A stretch of 64,000 nt of DNA from contig CBDCYU010000003.1 of assembly GCA_965224345.1 (NCBI GenBank), forward strand, positions 1,993,748 to 2,057,747. The letters are read 5' to 3'. The DNA is from Dehalococcoidia bacterium (GTDB lineage: Bacteria > Chloroflexota > Dehalococcoidia > Lucifugimonadales > CBDCYU01). Below, piece after piece: positions 9,681-19,466 of this stretch. Each line of letters starts with the position of its first letter. Positions within the stretch are counted from its first letter, which is position 1. The translations under genes were made by a program, and so were the position numbers. The notes under the pieces were generated by a model that was not told where the DNA came from, made no database searches, and worked only from the letters and a program-made list of their open reading frames with translations.

Positions 9681-11924
9681 CTACTGTCGTCCGTCGCCGC
9701 TCCCGATAGCCTTGGTCACTGCGCCGGGAGACATCGGGAGCTCGGTCAGTCTCACCCCGACCGCGTCGTATATGGCGTTGGAGAGCGCCGCCAGAGGCGG
9801 CACTATGGGCGCCTCGCCGACGCCACGCACCCCGAAGGGATGCCCCGGATTCGGCACCTCGATGAGGACCGAGTCTATCATCGGCACGTCGAGGCTGGTG
9901 GGCATCCGATAGTCGAGGAAGCTATTGTTGAGCATACGGCCGTCGTCGCTCATATAGTACTCCTCGTTGAGCGCCCAGCCGATCCCCTGGACGGTTCCGC
10001 CCTGCAGCTGCCCCTCGACGTAGCTCGGGTGTATGGCCGTGCCCGCGTCCTGGAAGGCGGTGTACCGTAGGATCTCTACCTTGCCGGTCTCCGGGTCGAC
10101 CTCCACGTCGACGATGTTGGCGGCATAAGAGCCGCTGGCGCCGCGGGGGTTCAGGCTGGCTTCGCCGACGACCGGCCCGCCGGTGTCGTTCAATGTCGGA
10201 GCCATCTCTCGGAGGGTGGTGCTAAGCTCGGGGTCCGACACGTGACGGAGCTCGCCGTCCTCGTACTCCACCTGCTCGGCAGGGACCTCCCACATCATGG
10301 CGGCCCGCTCGATGAGCTGTCGCTTGATGTCCTGGGCGGCCTCATAGGCGGCCCAGCCGGTCTTGAAGGCGACGCCGCTGCCGCCGGTATTGGACGTATA
10401 GCCGATGGTATCGGTGTCCGCCACTTGGGGGTTTACGTCCTCGACACGGATGCCCAGGACCTCTGCCAGCTGCTGGGCAATGGCCGTCCGGGAGCCGCCG
10501 ATGTCCATGGAGCCTTCCACCAGAATGACCGTACCGTCGGGGACCACAGTGGCCACCACGCTGGACGGACCGGTGTTGTTGCGCCAGAAGCCCATGGCCA
10601 CACCCCTGCCGCGGTTCTCCCCCTCCAGGGGGGTCGCGTAGTGGGGATGGGACCTGACCGCCTCCGCCGTCTCGAGCATTCCGATGGGGCCGTTGATGAC
10701 GCCGTCGACACGCCGCGTGCCCTCGCGGGCCCCGTTCATAACACGGAGCTCGACGGGATCCAGGCCGAGGTCGCCGCATATCTCGTCGATCAGCGTTTCC
10801 ACGGCGAAGGTGCCTATGGGCGCTCCGGGAGCGCGGTAGGCGCTGGTCTTCGTCTTATTGTCCACGACGTCGTAGCCGTCTATCTGGACGTTCTCGATGT
10901 CGTAGGACGAGAGCATGCAGGCGGTGGCGCCGCCCAGAGAGGAGCCCGGATAGGCGCCCGACTCGAAGGCGAGGCGCGCCTGCACCGCCTTGATACGGCC
11001 CTCCTCGGTCACGCCGATCTTGACCTTCACGTAGCTGCCGGAGGTCGGACCGGTGGCCTCAAAGACCTCGGCCCTGGTCATGGTCATCTTCACGGGGAGG
11101 CCGCTCTTCTTGGAGAGCAGGGCAGCCAACGGCTCCAGGTAGGCGCCCAGCTTGCCGCCGAACCCTCCGCCTATCTCCATGGGCACCACCTTGACCCTGG
11201 AGACCGGCAGGCCCAGGACCTTGGACGTGCTGTCCCTGACGCCGAAGTGTCCCTGGCTGCTGCACCATACCGTAAGACGGTCGTCCGGCGTCCACCAGGC
11301 GGTAGCGTTCTGGGGCTCGATGTAGCCCTGGTGCACGGACTTCGTGCGGAACTCGCGCTCGAATATCCGGTCGGCCTTCCGGAATCCCTTCTCAACGTCC
11401 CCCAACTTGAACTGCTGGTGGGCCGCTACGTTGGTCGCCTTCCCATTCTCGCCGGTTGTGATGTGATCGTGGAGGACCGGGGCGTCAGCCGCCATCGCGT
11501 CCTCGACGTTGGTCACCGAGGGCAGCACCTCGTACTCCACCTCGATGAGCGAGAGGGCCTCCTCGGCGTCGTGGGGGCTGACGGCGACCAGCGCGGCGAC
11601 GGGATGGCCCGTGAACAACACCTTGTCCGAGGCGAGCACCTTGTCACGGACAAATTTCGCGAGACCGTCGGAGACGGGCGCCAAGTCCTCCGAGACGACC
11701 ACCGCCCGTACGTCGGGGTGGGCCTCGGCCTTGCTCGTGTCGATGGACTTGATCCTCGCATGAGCGTGGGGGCTGCGCAGCACCTTGCCATGGATCAACC
11801 CGGGGAGCTGAACGTCAGCGCCATAGAGTGCCTTGCCGGTCACCTTGTCGACACCGTCATGCCTGATGGGACGCGTGCCGACGACCTTGTATCCACTCTT
11901 ATTCGTCCTAGTCTCTGTTGCCAT
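9681..11924 (-). CDS. Xanthine dehydrogenase/aldehyde oxidase-family molybdopterin-binding large subunit
   Basis: From ATG 11924: MATETRTNKSGYKVVGTRPIRHDGVDKVTGKALYGADV..., the typical N-terminus of the family, with GGGFGGK and later MoCo-binding blocks. The track ORF extension to 12191 is Arg/Pro-rich junk. Confidence 0.85.
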   Translation of the reverse strand: MATETRTNKSGYKVVGTRPIRHDGVDKVTGKALYGADVQLPGLIHGKVLRSPHAHARIKSIDTSKAEAHPDVRAVVVSEDLAPVSDGLAKFVRDKVLASDKVLFTGHPVAALVAVSPHDAEEALSLIEVEYEVLPSVTNVEDAMAADAPVLHDHITTGENGKATNVAAHQQFKLGDVEKGFRKADRIFEREFRTKSVHQGYIEPQNATAWWTPDDRLTVWCSSQGHFGVRDSTSKVLGLPVSRVKVVPMEIGGGFGGKLGAYLEPLAALLSKKSGLPVKMTMTRAEVFEATGPTSGSYVKVKIGVTEEGRIKAVQARLAFESGAYPGSSLGGATACMLSSYDIENVQIDGYDVVDNKTKTSAYRAPGAPIGTFAVETLIDEICGDLGLDPVELRVMNGAREGTRRVDGVINGPIGMLETAEAVRSHPHYATPLEGENRGRGVAMGFWRNNTGPSSVVATVVPDGTVILVEGSMDIGGSRTAIAQQLAEVLGIRVEDVNPQVADTDTIGYTSNTGGSGVAFKTGWAAYEAAQDIKRQLIERAAMMWEVPAEQVEYEDGELRHVSDPELSTTLREMAPTLNDTGGPVVGEASLNPRGASGSYAANIVDVEVDPETGKVEILRYTAFQDAGTAIHPSYVEGQLQGGTVQGIGWALNEEYYMSDDGRMLNNSFLDYRMPTSLDVPMIDSVLIEVPNPGHPFGVRGVGEAPIVPPLAALSNAIYDAVGVRLTELPMSPGAVTKAIGSGDGRQ

Positions 11925-12085
11925 GATAGGCTTCCTCACCGTCTGGTTTCGATATGGTATCGGGGGTAAATTGCGCCTTCGATTGTAACATAACGCGCCC
12001 CTCGATTTTGAGTGAGTAGGAGTCATCCCTCTCCCAAGAGCCTGGGTTTGCGGCTCGGAAGGCCGCCGCGAAGGTGAGGAGGGCC

Positions 12086-12655
12086 TCAGCACGCCTCCCC
12101 GGTCTCGGCGCCGGCGGCCAGCTGCGTCAGGAGAAGCGCCGTCGAGAGCTGGGCCCGCTCGATGAGGCGCCCGATCTGGATGAATCTCCACCCGTCGTCG
12201 CGGTACATCGTGGACTCGGCCAGGGTATAGTCGTCGTCATTGTCCATCTCCAGGCTGCCCATGGGAGGCTGCCGGTCCATGCTGTCGTAGATGCGGCTCC
12301 ACCCAAAGTAGACCTCTCGAATCGGGCGGTCCACCAGGGCCTCCGTCTGCAGGCGCCGTCGTGCGCACCAAGTCGGTGCCGCAGATGGCGACCCACGTTC
12401 CGTGGGGTGCGGAGACAGTCGATGGGGATGATTCGCTCGTCGGCCTCGTCGTCTCCGTAAACTGTAAAGGTTATTCCCTCGTTGGAGAAAGAGCGCGTGA
12501 CCCGCTCCTGAATGCTGCCGAGCTCTTCGGCCGAGAGCTGAGTCAGGGTCTCATGAAAGCTGCCGGCAATGCTCTCGGGGAGCCCCGTCCGGCAGGAACA
12601 TCTCATCGTATATGGCTGGGTCGAGATCATAGCCGTCGAAGTCCACGGCAGCCAC
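12086..12655 (-). pseudogene. Eroded remnant of a circularly permuted ATP-grasp gene plus alpha-E domain gene
   Basis: Three frames carry family-typical fragments. (a) VAAVDFDGYDLDPAIYDEMFLPDGAPREHCRQL, then a frameshift at a T-run. (b) HETLTQLSAEELGSIQERVTRSFSNEGITFTVYGDDEADERIIPIDCL. (c) TWVAICGTDLVR. Finally an alpha-E-like piece, YRDDGWRFIQIGRLIERAQLS. Confidence 0.55.
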
Positions 12656-12792
12656 CTATCCATCTCTCCCGGCGTCATGCCAAGCTGCCGTGATACTATC
12701 ACGCGTGTGACCGGACCGGGGATGCGGCACGGCAGCTGTCGCGCAGCATCCCCGCAACACCGCCTCAATGACTTACAGGGAAGGAGACGACC

Positions 12793-14211
12793 ATGAAGGA
12801 CAGAGAGCTTGCGTTTGCGCCCGCTCACCGGCTGGCGGAGCTGATAGCGCGAAAAGAAACGTCGCCGGTGGAGGTGACGGAGCTATTCATTCGCAGGATC
12901 GAAGGGCTTGACGCGGACCTCAACGCCTATCTCACGGTTGCGGCGGACGAGGCTCTCGGCTTCGCCAAGCTGGCGGAGCAGGCCGTCGTGGACGGCGAGC
13001 ATCTGGGCCCGCTGCACGGTGTGCCCATCTCCATCAAGGACCTGGAGGTAACCGCCGGCATCCGGACGACCTTCGGCTCTCTCATCTACCGTGACTACGT
13101 CCCCGACAGCGACTCGGGCGTCGTGAGACGGATCCGCAGCTCGGGAGCGGTGATCATGGGGAAGACCAACACGCCCGAGTTCGGCATGTCCGGCACCACG
13201 GAGAACCGGCTTGGGGACGCCTGCCGCAACCCGTGGGACACCTCGCGGACCACGGGCGGCTCCAGCGGCGGCTCCGCCGCGGCGGTGGCTGCGGGACTGT
13301 GCCCGCAGGCCACGGGCAGCGACGCCGGCGGCTCGATTCGCATCCCCGCCAGCTTCTGCGGCGTCTACGGCATAAAGCCCACGCTGGGGAGGGTGCCGCG
13401 CTTCGGAGGCGTGGCGCGCCCCAGCCCCAATCCGGTCTCTCAGCCGGGCCCAATAACCCGCACGGTGAGAGACGCCGCGTTGATGCTGCAGCTGCTGGCC
13501 GGGCCCGACGAGAACGACGTGATCACCATCCGGGAAGAGCCTCCGGACCTCCTGGCCGGCCTCGACGACGGGGTGGACGGCCTCCGGATTGCGTGGAGCC
13601 CGGACCTGGGCTTCGCCGCCGTCGACGGGGAGGTCTCCAGGATCACCGCCCAGGCCGCGGGCCTCTTCGAGGAGCTTGGCGCTGAGGTGGAGGAGACAGA
13701 CATCCGGCTGGACGACCCCTTCAACCAACTGAACGCCATCCCTCTGGCCAACGGGTACGCGTCATACGGACACCTCCACGAGGAGAGGCCATCTGACCTC
13801 AGCGGGCTCGTGCGGCGACGGCTGGATCTGGGCAAGCGGGTTACCGGCGCCGAGTACGCCCGGGCGCTGCGGTACCTGGAGCAGATGTGGCGTCAAGTAG
13901 AGCTGCTGATGGAGCGGTACGACCTGCTGGCGACTCCGACGATGGCGGTGCCCGCCTTCCCGGTCGGCGAACGGCCATCCAACATCGCCGGTCAAGAGGT
14001 AGAGGCCGACTGGGCCTTCAATCCCTTCAACCAGGTATTCAACATGACCCAGCAGCCCGCCGCGAGCATTCCCTGCGGGTTCACGGCCGGCGGCCTGCCC
14101 GTCGGTCTGCAGCTGGTTGGCCGGCTGGGGGAAGAGGCGACGGTGCTCCGGGCCTCCGCCGCCTTCGAGAGGCTGCGGCCCTGGGCGGACACCCTACCCC
14201 CGGTGAGCTAG
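12793..14211 (+). CDS. Amidase (amidase-signature family)
   Basis: 472 aa. AS signature GGSSGGSAAAVAAG...GSDAGGSIRIPASFCG. Good SD (AAGGAGA) before the ATG. Confidence 0.88.
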   Translation: MKDRELAFAPAHRLAELIARKETSPVEVTELFIRRIEGLDADLNAYLTVAADEALGFAKLAEQAVVDGEHLGPLHGVPISIKDLEVTAGIRTTFGSLIYRDYVPDSDSGVVRRIRSSGAVIMGKTNTPEFGMSGTTENRLGDACRNPWDTSRTTGGSSGGSAAAVAAGLCPQATGSDAGGSIRIPASFCGVYGIKPTLGRVPRFGGVARPSPNPVSQPGPITRTVRDAALMLQLLAGPDENDVITIREEPPDLLAGLDDGVDGLRIAWSPDLGFAAVDGEVSRITAQAAGLFEELGAEVEETDIRLDDPFNQLNAIPLANGYASYGHLHEERPSDLSGLVRRRLDLGKRVTGAEYARALRYLEQMWRQVELLMERYDLLATPTMAVPAFPVGERPSNIAGQEVEADWAFNPFNQVFNMTQQPAASIPCGFTAGGLPVGLQLVGRLGEEATVLRASAAFERLRPWADTLPPVS

Positions 14212-14393
14212 CGACGGCGCTCTAGGAGCTCCTGAAGGCGAGGACCAGAAGGTAGAGTGCTATGGGAAGCACAATCATCCAGAGGACCACGCGGGGCGAA
14301 AGCTTCATGGGCCGGCAGCTCCAGGCTCCTCCGCGCAGCGTCGGAGGCTGCGCGGCCAAAGTGAACGGACGCGATTCTATCATAGGGTGAGTC

Positions 14394-15221
14394 ATGGGAT
14401 ACAAGCTCATCGCTCTTGACGTCGACGGCACCATCTTGACGAACGAGCGCGGACTTGCGGACCGCACGCGGCTGGCCGTGGCCAGGGCCGCGAAGGCGGG
14501 CGCCGCCGTTACCCTTGCGACCGGCAGGATGTTCACGTCGGCCCGCCGGGCCAGCCGCCAGCTCGGCATCTCGACTCCCATCGCAACCTCCCAGGGGGCG
14601 CACGTCGCCGACCCCGCCAGCGGCGAGGTGCTCTACCACCTGCCGTTGAGCGAGCAGATGGCCCTGGACGCCCTGGCAGCGCTCCGCTCTTCGGACCTAG
14701 AAATCATGGCCTACCACGACGACGCGGTCTATGTTAAGGAGATGACGCCCTGGTCCGAAGCCTATGCCCAGCGCAACGGGACCGACGTCAGGGCCGTCGG
14801 GGACCTGGCGAGCGTCGCGGGACGGGGACTTACGCGCCTGGTGGTCGTCGGGGACGAAGAGGAGATCCGGCTCCTGGAGAGCGCCCTCATCCCCAGGATA
14901 GGCTCGAGGCTGTACGTCACGAGGTCGCTCCCTCACTTCTGCGAGATACTGCACCCTGAGGGGGGCAAGGACAGGGCGCTGGCGTGGCTGTGCCGCCGCC
15001 TGGGCGTGCAGAGAGGCGAGACCGTGGCCTTTGGCAACGGCTACAACGACGTGCGCATGCTCAGGTGGGCCGGTCTGGGCGTTGCGGTGGCGGACGCCGT
15101 CCCCGAGGTGCTGGAGGCCGCGGACAGGGTCGCTCCACCCACCGAAGAGGACGGGGTGGCCCAGGTGTTGGAGCAGCTCCTGGACCAGGGCCTAATCGGC
15201 GAGGACAGCCGCTCCGGCTAG
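14394..15221 (+). CDS. Cof-type HAD-IIB phosphatase
   Basis: KLIALDVDGTIL motif I, ATGR, and GNGYNDVRML motif IV. Confidence 0.82.
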   Translation: MGYKLIALDVDGTILTNERGLADRTRLAVARAAKAGAAVTLATGRMFTSARRASRQLGISTPIATSQGAHVADPASGEVLYHLPLSEQMALDALAALRSSDLEIMAYHDDAVYVKEMTPWSEAYAQRNGTDVRAVGDLASVAGRGLTRLVVVGDEEEIRLLESALIPRIGSRLYVTRSLPHFCEILHPEGGKDRALAWLCRRLGVQRGETVAFGNGYNDVRMLRWAGLGVAVADAVPEVLEAADRVAPPTEEDGVAQVLEQLLDQGLIGEDSRSG

Positions 15222-15224
15222 CGC

Positions 15225-15311
15225 CTAGCTTTCCGGGGCCTGTATCTCACCGACTTCCTGACCGCGGAGACCTTCCTGAGTGTAGGAAACCTGGAACAGG
15301 TACTTGGGCAT
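15225..15311 (-). pseudogene. 28-codon remnant resembling the N-terminus of a GYD-domain protein
   Basis: Strong SD (AGGAGGGTGGCA) then ATG. MPKYLFQVSYTQEGLRG... matches GYD N-termini but stops after 28 codons, abutting the HAD gene end. Confidence 0.25.
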
Positions 15312-15388
15312 TGCCACCCTCCTGACGCGATAACCATTCGGACCCCGGTCGCAAACAGGTACGACCTGGAAGCCGATCGCAACTCAGC

Positions 15389-16174
15389 TTAACGAGACTC
15401 GAGGAAGCCGGAGACTAGGCGTGCTATCTCGTCGGGGCGCTCCAGTATCAGGAGGTGGCCCGCGTCCTCCACGACGTGGAGGCTGGAGGACGGTACTCGG
15501 GCGGCGAGCTCGGCCCCGTGGGAGGGGGGCACGATGCGGTCGCCGTCGGCGACGATGACGAGCGTCTCGGACCTGATGCGATGGAGCCGCTTGCTGAGGC
15601 CCTTGTCGGGGATGGGCCACAGGAACCTGGCGACGGTGCTGAGGGCTCGGGCCCGCTCGATGCCCATGCGGGCGCGGTCCTCGTCGCTATCGGGATCGGG
15701 CATGGCCTCCATGGCGATGGCCGACTCGGGGTCGTTGAACAGCAACCCTCGCAGCTCGTCCGCGGGGGTGGCGAAGTAGTCAGCGCCGGGGTCGTCGTCG
15801 AGCCACAGGCCGGCGGGCGACGCCAGCACCAGCCTGCCGACACGCTCAGGACGGATCGCCGCCATCTCCGCGGCGATCATCGCTCCGAAGAAGTGTCCCA
15901 TGACGTTGGGAGAGTCCAGTCCCAGGGCGTCGAGTAGGTCGAAGTGGTAGAGGGTCAGGTCGAGAACGTCGTCGATGGCGTCGAGGCCGCCGGCTTCAGT
16001 GAAGCCTGGATGCAGGGGGGCGTACACGCTGTAGCGCTGGGCGAGGCGGGCCAGCAACGGGGGCCAGCCGCCGTAGCCGAAGGCGCCGTGCAGGTAGACC
16101 AGCGGCTCGCCATCGCCGGAGCGCGCGACCTGGACCGGCGCGGGTCCGACCTGGACTTCCAGCATCTCAACCAT
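15389..16174 (-). CDS. Alpha/beta-hydrolase-fold protein lacking the canonical nucleophile
   Basis: Fold motifs HGAFGYGGW, VLASPAG, acid (DGDRIVP) and His (DAGHLL) are present. The nucleophile elbow reads GHFFG instead of GxSxG. Start chosen at ATG 16174 (GGAGG SD). Alternatives are 16192 or 16165. Confidence 0.7.
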   Translation of the reverse strand: MVEMLEVQVGPAPVQVARSGDGEPLVYLHGAFGYGGWPPLLARLAQRYSVYAPLHPGFTEAGGLDAIDDVLDLTLYHFDLLDALGLDSPNVMGHFFGAMIAAEMAAIRPERVGRLVLASPAGLWLDDDPGADYFATPADELRGLLFNDPESAIAMEAMPDPDSDEDRARMGIERARALSTVARFLWPIPDKGLSKRLHRIRSETLVIVADGDRIVPPSHGAELAARVPSSSLHVVEDAGHLLILERPDEIARLVSGFLESR

Positions 16175-17594
16175 GGCTGTCGCCTCCGACACCGGCCACG
16201 ACCGCCCGCTCCTCCAGTGGCTTCGGCCACCACCGATCGTCGTACTCGGCCCACATGTCCCGCACGTGGGGCAGGACCTCCGTGGCGAAGAGCTCGGTGT
16301 TCTTCATGGTGAGGTCCTTGGGCATGCTGCCGATCTGCAGCAGCACCATGAGGTGGCCGACCCTCAGCCCCTCCACTGCCTTCGTCAGGTTCTCGATCAC
16401 GGTCTTGGGGCTGCCGGCGATGACGTACCCGTCGTCCACGAAGTCCTTCCAGGTCAGGCTCTTGCGCTTCTGGGTGGCAGCCGACCCGACCTGGCTGTAC
16501 GCGCCGGTGCGCATGGTCCGGATGGTCCGGTACCCGGGTGCGTCGGCGAACCCCTCGAAGACGTGCAGGCACTTCTTGTAGAAGTAGTCGACGTGGGGGC
16601 CGTAGTCGATCTCGGCCTGCTCGTCGGTCTCGGAGACGGCCACAAGCTGGAGGAAGCCGGCCCGGTAGGGGTTGTCGTCGACGCCTAGGGAAGGTCTGAA
16701 CAACTGAGGGTATCTCGTATGTGATGGACAGTAAGTGGACTGTCCGAGGTGTTTCTTCCTCCTACCGTGTGTCGATGAGGTCTTGTGGTCCTGAAACGGC
16801 TCTGCTAAGGCGTATCTACGTTCGTTTGTCCAGCTTGGGCGCACTTCGCCCTCGTCAGGCTGCCAAGTACTGCTCCGCCCTTATCAAGTTCGTCATCCCC
16901 AGTAGCAACATCAGTCGTTGCGTGTTCTTTGCCAACCCTCGGTAACGCACCTTGGCGTATCCGAAGTGCCGCTTCACGTACAGGAACGGATGCTCCACCT
17001 TCGCCCTGGTCGACGCCTTGCGCTTCTCCATAAGCGCCTCATAGCTTCCCGGCTCCAGCTGCCGACGTCTCCCGGGTCTCATCGCTACCTGCCAGTCCAC
17101 ATCCAACTCGCGATTCTCCAATCGCTTGTCGACTCCCTGATACCCCGCATCGCCCCACACCCGTTTCTCTCCACCGTGCAGCAGCCGGTGAGCCTCCGTC
17201 ACGTCATGAACGTTCGCAGGTGTCGTTCTTACGCTATGTACTACTCCCGTCTCAGCGTCCGCACCGACGTGTACCTTCATCCCGAAGTGCCACTCATTCC
17301 CCTTCTTCGTCTGACGCATCTCAGGGTCTCGCTTACCTGCACGATTCTTCGTTGACGATGGCGCCTCAATGATGCTCGCGTCCACGATCGTTCCCTCCCG
17401 AAGCCGCAGCCCCTGGGACTCCAGATGACGGTTGATCTCCTCGAACAGACCCTGTCCCAACTCGTGCTCTTCCAGCAGATGGCGGAAGTTCAGGACCGTC
17501 GTCTCGTCCGGGAGCGGGCCCGACAGCCTCAACCCTACGAACCGTCTCACCGACTCGACCTCGTAGAGCATGTCCTCCATACCAGGATCACTGA

Positions 17595-18441
17595 GAGGGT
17601 GTTTGCAAAGTCTTGAACTTGTACTAAACTTGATGAATGAGCCGCAAATCGTACCCCAGCGACCTGACGGACGAACAGTGGGAGATCCTCGGCCCCCTAC
17701 TCCCACCAGCCAAGCCCGGAGGCCGGCCCCGTACAGTGGACCTGCGGGAGGTAGTGAACGGCATCCTGTATTTGCTTCGGAGCGGATGCCCCTGGCGGAT
17801 GGTCCCGCACGATCTGCCTCCCTGGCAGACCCTGTACAAATACTTCCGCAGTTGGACCATAGATGGAACGTGGGAACGAGTCAATGAGACGCTACGCCCC
17901 TGCGTCCGAGAGGCCGAAGGTAGAAATCCTACTCCCAGCGCAGCGATCATAGATAGCCAGAGCGTGAAGACGACTGAAAAAGGGGGCCTCGTGGCTATGA
18001 TGCTGGTAAGAAGATCAACGGTCGAAAGCGACACGTCATCGTAGATACCATGGGCTTGCTGTTGGCGGTGGTGGTGCATCCTGCCAATATCCAAGACCGA
18101 GATGGGGCGAGGCTGGTCATCGATAAATTGATAGGACGATTCCCACGCCTGCGACTCATCTGGGCTGACGCTGGCTACAGCGGCCAGTTGGTGGACTGGG
18201 TGATGTCCATGTCGGGCTGGGTCTTGGAGATCGTCAAGCGTCCCAGGGCCAGCCATCAGTTTGAGGTGCTGCCACGCAGGTGGGTGGTTGAGCGAACACT
18301 GGCGTGGCTGGGACGTTGTCGCCGGTTGAGCAAGGACTATGAAGCCCTGACCGGTACAACGGAAGCGTGGCTGCACATAGCTGCGATTCATCTCATGCTC
18401 CGACGCTTAGCTCCGTCATGATGTACTTCGAAAACACCCTC
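17595..18441 (+). mobile_element. 847-bp IS5-family element (IS427/IS1031-like), copy 1, nested in the IS5-like element
   Basis: IRs GAGGGTGTTTGCAAAGT / GAGGGTGTTTTCGAAGT (reverse complement of the right end). Flanked by TGA (17592-17594) and TAA (18442-18444). Two overlapping transposase ORFs. Confidence 0.88.
17637..18421 (+). CDS. IS5-family transposase OrfA/OrfAB (programmed -1 frameshift)
   Basis: OrfA 17637..18044 ([19 protein letters not shown]...). The OrfB frame is open from 17978 to 18421 ([44 protein letters not shown]...). Slippery GAAAAAG at 17976-17982. Confidence 0.85.
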
Positions 18442-19466
18442 TAAGGTTGTAGAACATCTGCACGCAGTGAATCCGCAGCATCACAGACAACTCATAGGGT
18501 CGCCGGCCCCGGCCTGCCCTGGGATAGAACGGGCGGATGCGTTCTACGAGCTGTTCCCAAGGGATCAGACCGTCCATGCGCTCCAGGAATATCTCCCGCC
18601 GGGTCTTGCGCTTCTTGCTCTCGTACTCCAAGTCGGCAAATGTTGGCTGGTCCATCGTGTCTTCACCCCAAACATCTCTGCTTTGTGTATGGCATAGTAC
18701 TATGCCACAACACACCAGAACTTGTTCAGAGTATCCCTAGATTGTCCATCTCCTTCCAGAACCCGTCCATGACCTGGATGCCGCGCTTGTACCCGGAGTA
18801 GCTCAAATAGCAGTAGACGTAGTCCATACGGCTGGTCCACTCCCAGGTCTCGACGCTGCCGCCGCCGGGGATCCAGACGGGCGGATGGGGCTTCTGCAGG
18901 GGCCGCGGCCAGATGTTGACGTACCGCACCTGGTTGTGCTTTCCGTTGAAGGCGAAGGGCTCCGGCTCGGTCCACGCCTTGATGACGAGGTCGTGGGCCT
19001 CGTAGTACTTCTCCCGCAGGGTCGAGGGGTTCTGGCCATAGGCGAAGTTGGTGTCCATGGAAGTCCCGACAGGCATGCCCGCCACCAGCCTACCACCGCT
19101 GGCTACGTCCAGCATGGCGAACTCCTCCGCCACCCTGATGGGAGGGTTGTAGAGGGCCAGGCTGTTGCCGAGGACGATGATGGCGGCGTTGGTGGTGCGC
19201 CGGGTCATCATGGCGGCCATGATGTTGGGCGACGGCATGATGCCGTAGCCATTGTTGTGGTGCTCGTTGACGCAGACGCCGTCGAAGCCCACCTGGTCGG
19301 CGAACTCCAGCTCGTCCAGGTACTCGTTGTAGAGGTGGTGCGCCTTCTCAGGATCGAAGAGGTGGCTGGGGATGTCGACCCAGACGCTCCGATAGTTGTC
19401 CTGGAAGTCCGCCGGCAGGTGGCGATAGGGCATGAGGTGAAACCAGCTGACCTTCATATCCAGCTC

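Larger units (their letters stand above)
16855..18655 (-). pseudogene. IS5-family DDE transposase interrupted by the nested IS
   Basis: N-part [27 protein letters not shown]...[10 protein letters not shown] (18655..18443) continues as SDPGMEDMLYEVESVRRFVGL... (17591..16855). The join appears once the 847-bp element is removed. Confidence 0.85.
16689..18736 (-). mobile_element. IS5-like insertion sequence (about 1.2 kb without its nested guest)
   Basis: Imperfect terminal IRs GGAAGGTCTGAACAAC / GGATACTCTGAACAAG, flanked by a 4-bp direct repeat CTAG (16685-16688 and 18737-18740). Carries an IS5-type DDE transposase. Confidence 0.85.
16167..19457 (-). pseudogene. LLM-class (luciferase-like) flavin monooxygenase split by an IS insertion
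   Basis: N-terminal part 19457..18737 (MKVSWFHLMPY...FWKEMDNLG) and C-terminal part 16688..16167 (VDDNPYRAGF...) join in frame. The join works once 16689..18736 and one CTAG copy are removed. Confidence 0.85.

Noticed and set aside
11925-12191. 89-codon N-terminal extension of the XDH-family ORF
   Set aside because: The extension is Arg/Pro-rich with no family match and overlaps the pseudogene remnant. The family-typical N-terminus begins at ATG 11924.
14222-14308. 28-codon hydrophobic minus-strand ORF (MKLSPRVVLWMIVLPIALYLLVLAFRSS) between the amidase and HAD genes
   Set aside because: Could be a small membrane peptide, but it has a weak SD, no recognisable family and lies in a short convergent/divergent spacer. 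The evidence is insufficient.
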